From: Octopus vulgaris
Taxonomy: Eukaryota
DNA: 64,000 bases
Direction: 5' to 3'
Assembly: GCA_951406725.2 (NCBI GenBank)
Contig: OX597840.1
Span: 20,336,001 to 20,400,000 of the forward strand
Both the position numbers and the translations under genes were made by a program. Of this stretch, positions 11,438-25,200 are shown in pieces (position 1 is the stretch's first letter; each line of letters starts with the position of its first letter). Below the pieces are notes generated by a model, which saw nothing but the letters and a program-made list of their open reading frames with translations, did not search any database and was not told where the DNA came from.

Positions 11438-12586
11438 TAGAAGGTGCTATCAAAAAGTTCCCAGACTAGTTCTGTAGTGTGCCAACAGGTGGCAGCACAT
11501 ATCTGATTGTACAGTGAGAGCTAGTAATGACCTTCATGAGGCAGTGTGCCGAGAGACATTGCTGTGTTTACTTTGCAAGTTGTGAAATTTGTGTTTTTGC
11601 AATCACGTGTATCTGTTGAAGTCTGTGATTCTGTCATAGACAGGAATAAAGAAGCCAATGTGAAATTTTGCATTAACCCTTTAGTGTTCAGATTATTCAA
11701 TCAAACACAATGCCTATTGATTCCCATTGATTTGAATTAATCATGCATTGTCTCATATCTTCAAGATCTTGATGGTGTAATTACTTAATGTAGAATAACA
11801 TTGTAGGGTAGGTGTGAGGGCCTGGATCTGGTCAGTTTGAACATAAAACAGATTAAATATTTTGGCCGGATATGGCCAGTTTAAATACTAAAGGGTTAAA
11901 CATGAAAAGTCTGCTACAGAGATATTCAACATGCTTTAGCAAGCTTATGGTGATGAAGCAATAGGTCGGATGCAATATTTTGAGGGGCACAGGTGCTTCA
12001 AAAACGGAAGAACGTCTCTGGAAAGCAATGAGCAATCTGGAAGACCCGCCATGAGCAACAGCCCAAGAAATGAGGTGTTGTGCATTGAAACTTTTTGTCC
12101 CCGGGGGCTGGACTGTCAATTGAGAGAACTACTGTGATATTATGAAGTGTTCCGAGGGAGGACATTTGGTGAAAGTGACTGGATCTGTGGGGTGTGAAGA
12201 ATTAGATTCTTCACAACGACAATGCCACCCCAACCCCACCCATCACTGAGATCTCCTCATTTGTTTGTTTCTCAACAAAAACATGCTATTGCTTCCACAC
12301 CTGCCCTATCCACCTATTCATCAGATTTAGCACCTGCAAACTTCCTTCTCTTCATAAGAGGAAAATGCAGCTCAAAGGTTGCTGTTTTAACACAGTTTTT
12401 GAGATCCTCAACTTGCTTATGGCCAAACGACTTCCAGGCTGGTTTCCAAAACTGGCAGAAATGCTGGGACTGGTGTATTGCTGTGCAAGGGAACTATTTC
12501 GAAGGGGATAATGGTCAAACTCAGGTGAATAAGTTATTTTTTTATTAAGCATAACTAGTCCAGGTACCTTTAGATTCCGCCTTATA
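11438..12586 (+). mobile_element. Internally deleted, decayed mariner transposon
   Basis: TIR-like ends GAAGGTGCTATCAAAAAGTTCCCAGACTAGTT / AACTAGTCCAGGTACCTTTAGATTCCGCCTTA. After removing the MITE it reads ANVKFCIKHEKSATEIFNML*QAYGDEA...FKNGRTSLESNEQSGRP, then ILHNDNA, YSSDLAPANF and QGNYFEGD. Confidence 0.85.
11677..11895. mobile_element. piggyBac-type MITE inserted in the mariner relic
   Basis: TTAA|CCCTTTAGTGTTCA ... TAAATACTAAAGGG|TTAA: TTAA target-site duplication and CCC..GGG TIRs; excision restores the mariner reading frame. Confidence 0.85.
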
Positions 12587-12650
12587 TCAAAGAATATTCT
12601 ATTATTTGTTTTGTGTCCAGCAATTTATCACTTCTGGTGAATCAGCAGAG

Positions 12651-12696
<46 letters not shown>

Positions 12697-13619
12697 ACAG
12701 AGTAGATATTTGGTAAAGATTTTTTTGGTCATTAATGACCATGGGAATGGAACTGAGGGGGTCACAGAACTGGTATCACAGACATGTGATTAGAATGTTA
12801 CAGGAAAGAATTGCCAGACAGATTCTTCAAACTAGGCCAACCAGTAGGAGACATAAGGGTAGATTAAGAATCAGATGGTACGGATAATTCCTCTATCACC
12901 AGTTTGGTCATGCTTGGGAAATCTAGCAAGAATGCAAAGGGTTGGTTGCTTTAGATAGAACCCTATGGAGGAGGTGCCTGAGGACTCTAAACCCATGCTC
13001 CTCCCAGGAACAGTGGGTGCAGAAAATGGATAGATGGATGGAGTTCGACCAGTAAATTGCAATGTCTCTCTCTCCCTCTCACTTTTCCTCACTCTTTCCA
13101 CCTCTCTGTCCTTCTATCCTACCCACTCTTCTACTCTTTCCTTCTCTCCCACCCACTCTCTCTCTGTCTCTCTCTCTCTCTGTATGTGTATATTATGTGC
13201 ACATACATCTGTGTGTGAGTCTGTTCCCCTCCAGTACCAAAAAGTACTGTTCCCAAAAGAGACCGAATATCAAACCACTCATTCCAAATGCTCTCATTCT
13301 GCAATTCTCTGATGCCTTCATTGGAAGTGTCCCAACCAGCAAGAATAAACAGAATGATAAGAAAAAAAACAGAACAACAATAAAGAACTCAAAGACTTTA
13401 AATCAAAATACATTTTTTTTAGATATCTTTATTGTAATTTTTTTAAAATGTGTATATATTCGATAATTTTCTTTAACTTGATTTCATATTGTGTGGAAGG
13501 AAAATATAATAGATAACTATATAGAATACAATGTAACAATATATACACACACACACACAGACACACATGCATTATATATATGTATATGAGTATATATATG
13601 TATGTATATATACATACGT

Positions 13620-13925
13620 GGAAGTGCAATGGCCCAGTGGTTAGGGCAGCGGACTCGCGGTTGTAGAATTGCGGTTTCGATTCCCAGACTGGGCGTTGTG
13701 AGTGTTTATTGAGTGAAAACACCTAAAGCTGCATGGAGCCCCGGCAGGGGGTAGTGGCGATCCCTGCTGTACTCTTTCGCCACAACTTTCTCTCTTTCTT
13801 CTGTTGGCCTGCTCGCTTAGCCAGCGAGGTGGCGTCATTTGAAGGCTAAAACAATGCAAAGCGCATTGTGACCAGCGATGTGTAGCAACATCTGATAGCC
13901 TGGGCGGTCACGGTAGTCACGGTGG
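13620..13925 (+). mobile_element. SINE family D (tRNA-derived head, RTE-like tail)
   Basis: TGGCCCAGTGGTTAGGGCAGCGG (A box), GGTTTCGATTCCC (B box), tail GCGCATTGTGACCAGCGATGTGTAGCAACATCTGATAGCCTGG..TCACGGT; second copy at 25315-25625(-). Confidence 0.8.
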
Positions 13926-14132
13926 ATATATATACATACATATATGTACATATACACACATTATATATATATATATATAGACACAAACATACTCACATAT
14001 GTGTATATATAATTCACTTCATTTATATAACAAAAATATAATATAATAGAACAATATTTGTAGTGCAAACAGGGGGAATATTTTAAGTTTATATACATAC
14101 ATATATAAATATATATGTGTATAAATAAGTGC

Positions 14133-14171
<39 letters not shown>

Positions 14172-14299
14172 CAAATATATACACATGCGGGATGACCAAA
14201 AACCAATTACTGTAACGATTTTGTTTTTTTCAAATGAATAAATAATAGATTTGAAACAAGAAAATTCAGGCAACTCATCTTAAAATAATGTAGAACATA

Positions 14300-14330
<31 letters not shown>

Positions 14331-14549
14331 AAAAGAGGAAAATGTAAATAAAATTATGATAATTCATGAATACATATAATATTCAAAAAGTAAATATATA
14401 TGAACATGATAAGATAAAAGATTTTCATGAAAATTAAGATTGCAACAGATTCCATCCTCTACATGTGTGTGTGTAGACTATATATATATGTATGTATACA
14501 TTGTGTATATATATATATATTAGAAGGTTTGGAGATGATGTACAGGTAT

Positions 14550-14772
14550 TATATATTAGAAGAAATGAGGTACTCAGAAATTTGGATGGTTTTTTATTTA
14601 CAGATATTTATTTGTATATTACATGTTTTTATACAAATTTGAAGACTCCACTAGAATGGACGAAAGGTCTAATTTATGATATATGATGTATGATGTATAA
14701 AAACATGTAACATACTAATAAATATCTGTAAATATAAAACCATCCGGATTTCAGAGTACCTCATTTCTTCTA

Positions 14773-14778
<6 letters not shown>
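14550..14778. mobile_element. Foldback element in a (TA)n tract with a degenerate hammerhead motif in the loop (Penelope-like derivative)
   Basis: Inverted arms of ~85 bp (14550-14635 / 14694-14778); the loop contains AAAT-TTGAAGA-CTCCA(CTAGAA)TGGAC-GAAA-GGTC-TA-ATTT. Confidence 0.6.
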
Positions 14779-14807
<29 letters not shown>

Positions 14808-15299
14808 AATATATATATATAATCGATCTAAAATTTCATTTAAAATTTATGTCCTTGTTTTTACCTAGAATTTATGAGCATAACATTTTCCCCATGTTTA
14901 AACATGGATAATATACCAGTAATATTTTGGGTACTTTTATCCCTTAGACGGTTATTTTAACCTCTAACTCAACTAACCTTATATCCCTCTCTCTCTCTCT
15001 CTTTCGGAGAGGCACTGAGCACCTACACATACATATACACACACGGCAGTAACTTCCACCTACCGAATTCAATCACAAAGCTTCGGTATATACATACATA
15101 CATACATAATTCATACATACATACATACATATATATATATATAGATAAGAGAAAAAAAATCTATCAGAAAGGAACTCTATCTCTCTTGAAAAAATATCTT
15201 TTGATAAGCATAACAAATGCGCAACCGGTAAAAAGAACTTTCACCTAATTAAATACACTCTCCCTTACTTAAATTATTTTGTCAGCATTTTCTTCATTT

Positions 15300-15332
<33 letters not shown>

Positions 15333-15450
15333 CATACATACATATATACACACACACACACACACCTATACCTCGGGTGGAAAATCATCACACAAACATA
15401 TATATATACATACTTACACAAACGTATATATATATACATACACACATGCA

Positions 15451-15502
<52 letters not shown>

Positions 15503-15849
15503 TCAGAGACAGACACACACACACACATATGTGCATGCATATTCCTCCCTTTGTTTGTTTTATTGCTATGTCTGTTTCCCCCGTGCATACAAAGATTCGA
15601 CAGAAAAATATCCTTGAAGCTTTCTTTTCCATCTGGATGCCTTTCCTGTCACCAACCCTCTTTTCTTATCCGAGAAACGGATCCCACATTTCATGCAGTT
15701 TTTTTTTTAAGGTATGAAATGTGAGCAGTTAATTTGCTGTTGGCTCAACAGACAACAAGGACGATGCCTGTACCTCACGACCCTCAAAGGAGGAAGTAAA
15801 ATGTAAACAAACACACATGCACCCATGCCCACACATGTATGTGTGTGAA

Positions 15850-15892
<43 letters not shown>

Positions 15893-15925
15893 GTATGTGT
15901 GCATGCATGCATACATACATGCACC

Positions 15926-15980
<55 letters not shown>

Positions 15981-16245
15981 TATATATATACATACATATA
16001 TATACATATATATAATACATACATATATATAATATATATATATACATACATACATATATACATATATATACATACATACATATATATATATATGTATGTA
16101 TATATGTATGTATGTATATATATATTATATTGAGGGTACTACTATTCGTAGATACCAACACGAATTTACGAATTTTTCTCTTACGAGGTTTTTCACGCTG
16201 ACTACTGATAATTTCTTTTAAAGATTTTATCCTCAATTGTTAATT

Positions 16246-16277
<32 letters not shown>

Positions 16278-16282
16278 CATAC

Positions 16283-16340
<58 letters not shown>

Positions 16341-16438
16341 TCATAGCACCACCTGATTATATATACATATATATATATACATACATATATATACATATAT
16401 ATATATATACATACATATATATACATATATATATATAT

Positions 16439-16506
<68 letters not shown>

Positions 16507-18000
16507 ATATACATATATATATACATATACACATATATATATGTATAAATGCACACACATATATATATATATAAATATGTATATATATATACATATGTGT
16601 GTGAGTGTGTGTGTGTGTGTATATATAAGTGAGGGTGTTTATTTTTATAGCCATTACTCTTTATATATCCCCATTTGAGAATAGCTACATTTGCATACCT
16701 GCATTAATTTTTAAGAGGGTGTACAGTATGGAAAAGGCATCCATTCAGCCCTAAATCTCTCCCCTTAAAAAAAAGGGACCACAAATACAACCAAACATTA
16801 CTTGAAAGGCCAAGCCCTGCCCCACCCCGTCTTGCATAAAGAGGGTGGAAATAGCCTTAACCCTTTCTCTAAATGGGATTCCATTGCAAACCTTGTTTCG
16901 TGTGAATGAATTTAGTATTAAAAGGGTTTCAATTTTTGTTCCTGTTGCATCTGTTAATTCTGACCCCGCCTCTTTATATAAGATACATCTATTTCAATAA
17001 TGTATGCAAATGATATTTAAATATATGCAAAATCACTTGCTGACCTTGATTCGCATGAATGAATTCAGTACTGAAAGGGTTAAAGGTTTAGTTGTCATTG
17101 TCGCTGTTGTGTGTCTGTTAATTCTGACCCTACCTCTGCATACAGAATACATATATTTAAATAATGCATACTCTCTTTTACTCTTTTACTTGTTTCAGTC
17201 ATTTGACTGCGGCCATGCTGGAGCACCGCCTTTAATTGAAGAACTCGACCCCGGGACTTATTCTTTTGTAAGCCCAGTACTTATTCTATCGGTCTCTTTT
17301 GCCGAACCGCTAAGTTACGGGGACGTAAACACACCAGCATCGGTTGTCAAGCGATGTTGCGGGGGACAAACGTACACATACAAATGTACACACACGCATA
17401 TTTATTTTATTTATTTATTTTATTTATCTAGTTTCAGTTCACTAGCTGTGGTCATGCTGGGGCACCGCCATTCGGTGTTGCTACATGGTTTTACTTCACG
17501 AATGCTTTTTAGCAATTGCCATTTGGTGCATGAGAGAGTTCGATGCAGCTGCCCTCATCTGCACCTCCTGCCGTGAAGTTGGTTCATCTGGGATACCTGA
17601 CAATCAACTACTTCACACCTATATATATATATATACATATATACGATGGCCTTCTTTCAGTTTCCGTCTACCAAATCCACTCACAAGGTTTTCGTCGGCC
17701 CGAGGCTATAGCAGAAGACACTTGCCCAAGGTGCCACGCAGTGGGACTGAACCCGGAACTATGTGGTTGGTAAGCAAGCTACTTACCACACAGCCACTCC
17801 TGCATGCAAATGATATTTAAATGTATGCATAATATATTTATTTATTTATAAAATAAATATAAGAGAGTGTTCACTATATTGATCACTCTAATCTAATTCT
17901 CTCACCCTTATTAATTAATTATTTATTTATTTATAAGATATTTAGTGCTAATTAAGGATTGTGACTTTCTAAGCCTTTTAATTATTGCACAGCAGTAATT

Positions 18001-18795
18001 AATGTTTAAATATGAAATGTAAATGACTTTAATCAAGCTTTAATCAAGCTGCTGGTTTTCCATCGTTGGTACTTGATTGTAATTAACATCACAGTGTCTT
18101 AATTAATATATTAAAGTAGTAGTAGTAATAATAATAATAATAATAATGATTTTATTTATTTGCCAGAAGGGCAAAGGATGAGGGAGACAATACAAAAACA
18201 GACATAAAACATGGGGGGGTTTGCATAATAATAATAATAATAATAATAATAATATTAATAATAATAATAATGATAATAATAATAATAATAATAATAATAA
18301 TCCTTTCTACTGGAGACAGAAGGCCTCAAATTTGGCGGGAGGGGGGACTAGTTGATTACATCAATCCCAGTGTATAACTGGTACTTCATTTATCGACCCT
18401 GAAAGGATGAAAGGCAAAGTTGACCATGGTGGAATTTGAACTCAGAACGTCTTTAAGATGGACGAGATGCCGCTAAGCATTTTTACCGGCCATGCTAACG
18501 ATTCTGCAAGCTTGCCGCCTTAAAGATAATAATAATAATAATAATTAATTCTCTTATTGGCCACAAGGGCTAATATAAATCAAAACATTAATGGACAACA
18601 CAAGACGATATACAAAGGGTTTTGCCAATAATAATAATAATAATAATAATAATCCTTTCTACTGAAGGCACAAGGCCTAAAATTTCGTGGGGAGGGGACT
18701 AGTGAATTACATCGACCCCAGTGTTTCACTGGTACTTAATTTATCGATTCCGAAAGGATGAAGTCGACCTCAGCGGAATTATTATTATTATTATA

Positions 18796-18830
<35 letters not shown>

Positions 18831-18852
18831 CATTATTATTACTATTATTATT

Positions 18853-18897
<45 letters not shown>

Positions 18898-18981
18898 TTA
18901 TGAAGACTGACATAACCCTTCACGAAGGTAAATGCACAATAAAAGGAACATGATTGTGAGATGTAATAAAATAGAGATTGT

Positions 18982-19023
<42 letters not shown>

Positions 19024-19183
19024 TTGATAATAATGTTGATAATAATAGGTTTGTTTATTTATTTTTGTTTGCTTACTTTTTTCTGTTTTTGAAAATAATG
19101 AAATAGGAGTGATGTAGGAACCTCAAAGAAACATAACAAAAAAAAAAAGGTGACACACACACACACATACACACTCCTGCACA

Positions 19184-19221
<38 letters not shown>

Positions 19222-20834
19222 AAAGTGAAAACAAAAGACAAAGTATAAAAGAAAATAAAATAAATAAAAAGGTAATTTGAAAAGTAAATAAAAAATAAAA
19301 TTGTAAACGTGGCCTGTGTTGAACACCACAACATCAGTAAATCAGGGGAAACTATTGTGAGGAGGAAAGAAAGCCAAAGACAATGAGTGAAGAGTGAAGG
19401 TGATTGATGATTTGTGAAGACTAAATGAAGATGATTAATAAGTTGATGACAAAAGACAGAAGACGGATGGAAGAGTGAAGAAGAATTAGAAAACAGGTGT
19501 GAAGTAGTTGATTGATGGTTGATGATGATAGAAAGAAGAAGTCATGGTGAAGACAAAGGATTGATGAAAAAGTAGATCTGAGACAGATGGTTAATAAACA
19601 CAGAAGACTGATGAGAAGGTAGACACAAGGGAGATGATTAATGAATGGAAGACTGATGGTAAAGTAAAAAGAAGACACGTGAAGAGAGAGAAGGAAATGA
19701 AGACGGGTAATTGTTTAAGACAGATGACTGATGAAGATAGAAGAGAAATGAAAAGTAGACAGATTGATGAGACAGAAGAGTGATGAAAAAGTAGTTGGGA
19801 GATATATGATTGATGAAGATAGAAAAGTGGTGAAAAAGCAGTCAGAAGACATGATTGAGTGATGAAAGATTAGTTGAGAGGCATGACTGAATGATAAAGG
19901 CAGAAGACTGATGAAAAAGTAGTTGGGAGGTATATGATTGATGAAAAAGAAGTCAGGAGACATAATTCAATGATGGATACAGAAGAGTGATGAAAAAATA
20001 ATCAGGAGGCATATGACTGATGAGTGCAGAAGAGTGGTGAATGTTTAAATATGAAATGTAAATGACTTTAATCAAGCTTTAATCAAGCTGCTGGTTTTCC
20101 ATCGTTGGTACTTGATTGTAATTAACATCACAGTGTCTTAATTAATATATTAAAGTAGTAGTAGTAATAATAATAATAATAATAATGATTTTATTTATTT
20201 GCCAGAAGGGCAAAGGATGAGGGAGACAATACAAAAACAGACATAAAACATGGGGGGGTTTGCATAATAATAATAATAATAATAATAATAATATTAATAA
20301 TAATAATAATGATAATAATAATAATAATAATAATAATAATCCTTTCTACTGGAGACAGAAGGCCTCAAATTTGGCGGGAGGGGGGACTAGTTGATTACAT
20401 CAATCCCAGTGTATAACTGGTACTTCATTTATCGACCCTGAAAGGATGAAAGGCAAAGTTGACCATGGTGGAATTTGAACTCAGAACGTCTTTAAGATGG
20501 ACGAGATGCCGCTAAGCATTTTTACCGGCCATGCTAACGATTCTGCAAGCTTGCCGCCTTAAAGATAATAATAATAATAATAATTAATTCTCTTATTGGC
20601 CACAAGGGCTAATATAAATCAAAACATTAATGGACAACACAAGACGATATACAAAGGGTTTTGCCAATAATAATAATAATAATAATAATAATCCTTTCTA
20701 CTGAAGGCACAAGGCCTAAAATTTCGTGGGGAGGGGACTAGTGAATTACATCGACCCCAGTGTTTCACTGGTACTTAATTTATCGATTCCGAAAGGATGA
20801 AGTCGACCTCAGCGGAATTATTATTATTATTATA

Positions 20835-20869
<35 letters not shown>

Positions 20870-20891
20870 CATTATTATTACTATTATTATT

Positions 20892-20936
<45 letters not shown>

Positions 20937-21020
20937 TTATGAAGACTGACATAACCCTTCACGAAGGTAAATGCACAATAAAAGGAACATGATTGTGAGA
21001 TGTAATAAAATAGAGATTGT

Positions 21021-21062
<42 letters not shown>

Positions 21063-22067
21063 TTGATAATAATGTTGATAATAATAGGTTTGTTTATTTA
21101 TTTTTGTTTGCTTACTTTTTTCTGTTTTTGAAAATAATGAAATAGGAGTGATGTAGGAACCTCAAAGAAACATAACAAAAAAAAAAAGGTGACACACACA
21201 CACACACATACACACTCCTGCACACTCACACACACACACACACATTGAAAAGTGAAAACAAAAGACAAAGTATAAAAGAAAATAAAATAAATAAAAAGGT
21301 AATTTGAAAAGTAAATAAAAAATAAAATTGTAAACGTGGCCTGTGTTGAACACCACAACATCAGTAAATCAGGGGAAACTATTGTGAGGAGGAAAGAAAG
21401 CCAAAGACAATGAGTGAAGAGTGAAGGTGATTGATGATTTGTGAAGACTAAATGAAGATGATTAATAAGTTGATGACAAAAGACAGAAGACGGATGGAAG
21501 AGTGAAGAAGAATTAGAAAACAGGTGTGAAGTAGTTGATTGATGGTTGATGATGATAGAAAGAAGAAGTCATGGTGAAGACAAAGGATTGATGAAAAAGT
21601 AGATCTGAGACAGATGGTTAATAAACACAGAAGACTGATGAGAAGGTAGACACAAGGGAGATGATTAATGAATGGAAGACTGATGGTAAAGTAAAAAGAA
21701 GACACGTGAAGAGAGAGAAGGAAATGAAGACGGGTAATTGTTTAAGACAGATGACTGATGAAGATAGAAGAGAAATGAAAAGTAGACAGATTGATGAGAC
21801 AGAAGAGTGATGAAAAAGTAGTTGGGAGATATATGATTGATGAAGATAGAAAAGTGGTGAAAAAGCAGTCAGAAGACATGATTGAGTGATGAAAGATTAG
21901 TTGAGAGGCATGACTGAATGATAAAGGCAGAAGACTGATGAAAAAGTAGTTGGGAGGTATATGATTGATGAAAAAGAAGTCAGGAGACATAATTCAATGA
22001 TGGATACAGAAGAGTGATGAAAAAATAATCAGGAGGCATATGACTGATGAGTGCAGAAGAGTGGTGA
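18001..22067. repeat. Near-identical tandem duplication of ~2.03 kb
   Basis: 18001-20039 is repeated at 20040-22067. The offset is 2039 at the start and 2027 at the end, and the visible differences are in CA tract lengths. The ORF track shows identical peptide pairs. Confidence 0.95.
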
Positions 22068-22079
22068 AAAAGTAGAAAG

Positions 22080-22470
22080 AAAGTGGAAAGAGATAACGAA
22101 GTAGACAAATGTACACAGACTAATGAATGATGAAGAGTGATAAAAGGCATTCAGTAGACATATGATTGATGAAAAAAAAGACAAAAGAGATAATGAAGTA
22201 GACAAATGTACACAGACTAATGAATGATGAAGAGTGATAAAATGCATTCAGTAGACATATGATTGATAAAACAAAAGACAAAAGAAATAATGAAGTAGAC
22301 AAATGTACACAGACTGATGAATGATGAAGAGTGATAAAATGCATTCAGTAGACATATGATTGATGAAAAAAAGGACAAAGGAGGTAATGAAGTAGACAAA
22401 TGTACACAGACTGATGAATGATGAAGAGTGATAAAAGGCATTCAGTAGACATATGATTGATGAAAACGAA
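22080..22470. repeat. 97-bp minisatellite, about 4 copies, with diverged GA-rich units upstream (21420-22080)
   Basis: GAAGTAGACAAATGTACACAGACTRATGAATGATGAAGAGTGATAAAA..CATTCAGTAGACATATGATTGAT recurs every 97 bp. Confidence 0.9.
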
Positions 22471-22946
22471 AGACAAAAGCAGCAGTAGACTGTATATTGA
22501 TAAAGAGTTGATTGACGGAAACTGAAAAGGGACCACACAAAAAACTAGGCCCCACCACACGCACACACAGACACACACACACACAGACACACACACACAC
22601 AAAGTCCCAGGACAATATTTAATGTCTTGTTAAGAGACAGACTGCGATTCCTGACGCGGAAGGGGTTCACCAGGGAGGCCTTCTATTGCTGATGTTGTTT
22701 GAGGTCCATGAATTTGGTTTAGAGTTTTATGTCACAGGGGAGACAAGGGGACAAGGAGACAAATATTCGGATGATTCGAGCCAAGAGCCATCATCATCAT
22801 CAGAGAAACACATTCAAAGGTTAATATCGGCCGATTCTGCGCGGGTCTTCGATGCAGGGGGTCGTCTTGGTATATTGTCCAGTGTCTTATTATTGCTGTC
22901 CTCTTTCAAATGTCCAGAGGGGTTTGTTTTTTGGGGGTTTTTGTTG

Positions 22947-23060
22947 TTATTCCGAGTCCTGTCCTTCATCTTGGTCAGCAAAGCTACAAACCTCAGTTAT
23001 TAATTCGTTGAAGTCATCAGAGCGGTCAGCATACACATGATGTCCAGCACCTTGGATTAT
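22947..23060 (-). CDS. ABHD4: ABHD4/5-family hydrolase, terminal exon
   Basis: cag|ATAATCCAA...TAA, phase 0, giving IIQGAGHHVYADRSDDFNELITEVCSFADQDEGQDSE*. Contains the catalytic His and HX4D motif (HHVYAD). Confidence 0.93.
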   Translation of the reverse strand: MIQGAGHHVYADRSDDFNELITEVCSFADQDEGQDSE

Positions 23061-23063
23061 CTG

Positions 23064-23795
23064 TTATGGTAGTAGTAGTGGTGGTGGTGTTAGTGGTAGT
23101 GGTGGTAGTAATGGTGGTAGTGGTGGTAGTTGTGGTAGTAGTAGAGATGGTAGTGGTTGTTGTTGTTGTGGTGGTGGTGTTGGTGGTAGTAGTAGAGGTG
23201 GTAGTTTTAGTTGCATTGGAGGCAGTAGTAGTGGTGGTGGTGGTGGTTGTGGTGGTGGTTGTTGTTGTGGTGGTTGTTGTTGTGGTGGTGGTGGTAGTTG
23301 TGGTGGTGGTGTTGGTGGCAGTAGTAGAGGTAGTAGTTTTAGTTGCATTGGAGGCAGTGGTAGTGGTTGTTGTGGTGGTGGTAGTTGTTGTGGTGTGGTG
23401 GTGGTGGTGGTGGTGGTGGTGGTATTGGTGGTAGTAGTAGAGGTGGTAGTTTTAGTTGCATTGGAGGCAGTGGTAGTGGTTGTTGTTGTGGTGGTGGTAG
23501 TTGTTGTTGTGGTGGTGGTTGTTGTTGTGGTGGTGGTAGTTGTTGTGGTGGTGGTAGTTGTGGTAGTGGTGTTGGTGGCAGTAGTAGAGATGGTAGTTTT
23601 AGTTGCATTGGAGGCAGTGGTAGTGGTTGTTGTGGTGGTGGTAGTTGTTGTTGTGGTGGTTGTTGTGGTGGTGGTAGTTGTGGTGTGGTGGTTGTGGTGG
23701 TGGTAGTTGTTGTTGTGGTAGTTGTTGTGGTGGTGGTTGTTGTTGTTGTGGTGTTTGTGATGGTGGTGGTTGTTGTGGTAGTGGTGGAGGTAGTA
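23064..23795. repeat. (GTG/GTT/GTA)n trinucleotide block with four copies of a higher-order unit
   Basis: GTAGTAGAG..GGTAGTTTTAGTTGCATTGGAGGCAGT at ~23190, 23320, 23435 and 23580 within triplet repeats; intronic. Confidence 0.85.
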
Positions 23796-23892
23796 TGTGT
23801 ATAGTGATGGTATATAGTGAAAGTAAAAAAAAGAAAATGAAAAAATACATTTTTAATATATCCTACACACATATACATACAAAAATACACAA

Positions 23893-23927
<35 letters not shown>

Positions 23928-24061
23928 TAATAATAAAAATGATAATAATAATAATAATAATGAGTTTCTTTGCCCTAGGAGTCGGGAAGACACTTGACAA
24001 GAGATGGAAGCAAATTTGAAAGAAGAAAAAAAAAGTAATAATAATAATAATAATAAATAAA

Positions 24062-24515
24062 TAACAGCCCTGATGCAGTACCAGGCAGTGGCTTTCATGG
24101 CTTCTGATCTTAACTGATTGGAAGTGTTATCATGTACATTGTTTTGTCTTGGTATAAAAGATGGCCTACAGCAAATATTCTGCTCAATACCACAGATTTG
24201 CTTGTCAGTTGTTTGACCTTAACCAGTTGAGCTTGTCCCTTAGTGGCTGACGATATGTGCATCTCTGATCACGAGCAGAAGTAGTGGGGGAGCATCATAG
24301 CCATGTGTTGAGAGGGATTCTTTGGGGTTTGAATAATTCACCTCTGGAAACATGGGTGTTTCGTTCAACGTCCTTAAACAACCTTTATTCAGGGATCTTT
24401 TGAGTGGCGTGGGTTACTCGACCAGAAGAAAATTCTACCTGGGCCCCACCTGCAAGGTCATGAGCTGTTTATCTTGATATGAAATCACCATGTCATGTAC
24501 ATACGGTTGTGATGC
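24062..24515 (+). mobile_element. Non-coding repeat sitting in (AAT)n, possibly the 3' UTR of a Dong/R4-type LINE
   Basis: Homologous to 59930-60385(-); both copies abut AAT/ATT triplet runs. Confidence 0.6.
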
Positions 24516-25013
24516 ATATGCTTTTTCCGTGCCACCAGCACGGAAGCCAGTTAAGGCGGCGCTGGCATCAGCCACGTTCGGATGGTGCTTTTTACATGCC
24601 ACCGGCACAGGTATCACAACTACAATTTCCATTTGATATTTATTTTGATGTTGATGTACTTGACTCAATAGGTCTCAATATATCATCATCATCATTTAAT
24701 GTGCATCTTCCATGCTGGCATGGGTTGGACAGTTTGGCATGAGCTGGCAAGCCAAAGGACTGTACCAAGCTCCACTGCCTGTTCTGGTATAGATTTCACA
24801 GCTGGATACGTGCCTTCATACCTACCACTTTACAGAGTGGACTGGGACCCTTTTACATGGCACCGTCACTATTGAGGTCACCAAGTAAGTTGCAAGACAA
24901 AGATCCTAAATGAAAGGTGTGAGGGGCATGGCTGGAATGCCTTTAATTAGAGCTGGGGGGTTAAACAACAACCACAACAAGACGCTTTCTCTACTGCAAT
25001 CGTTTTTACTGAC

Positions 25014-25200
25014 CTGGACATCAACGTAGCTGTCGGGGCGGAGGAATTTCACTTCTTGACCAGTGTGGGAGGTTATCCAAGATCTGGAACCATAGATTAG
25101 TGTCATAGGTATGGATTTGTTTAGGTCTGTCATCCGAAGAATCATTGGGTTCTTTGCCCATCCAAATGGAATTGTCATTGTTCTAAATGCCGATTCACCA
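25014..25200 (-). CDS. ABHD4: ABHD4/5-family hydrolase exon (187 bp)
   Basis: ctcctcag|T GGT GAA...CAG|GTCAGT, giving (S)GESAFRTMTIPFGWAKNPMILRMTDLNKSIPMTLIYGSRSWITSHTGQEVKFLRPDSYVDVQ; phase 2 to 0. Confidence 0.95.

Noticed and set aside
13620-13695. SINE heads as tRNA genes (also ~1360-1432, 25550-25625, 59613-59685)
   Set aside because: A and B boxes are present, but no acceptor stem closes and the sequence continues into a SINE body.
23066-24019. Gly/Cys-rich (metallothionein- or keratin-associated-like), poly-Val and Pro/Gln ORFs
   Set aside because: Triplet repeat open in many frames on both strands, located inside the last ABHD4 intron.
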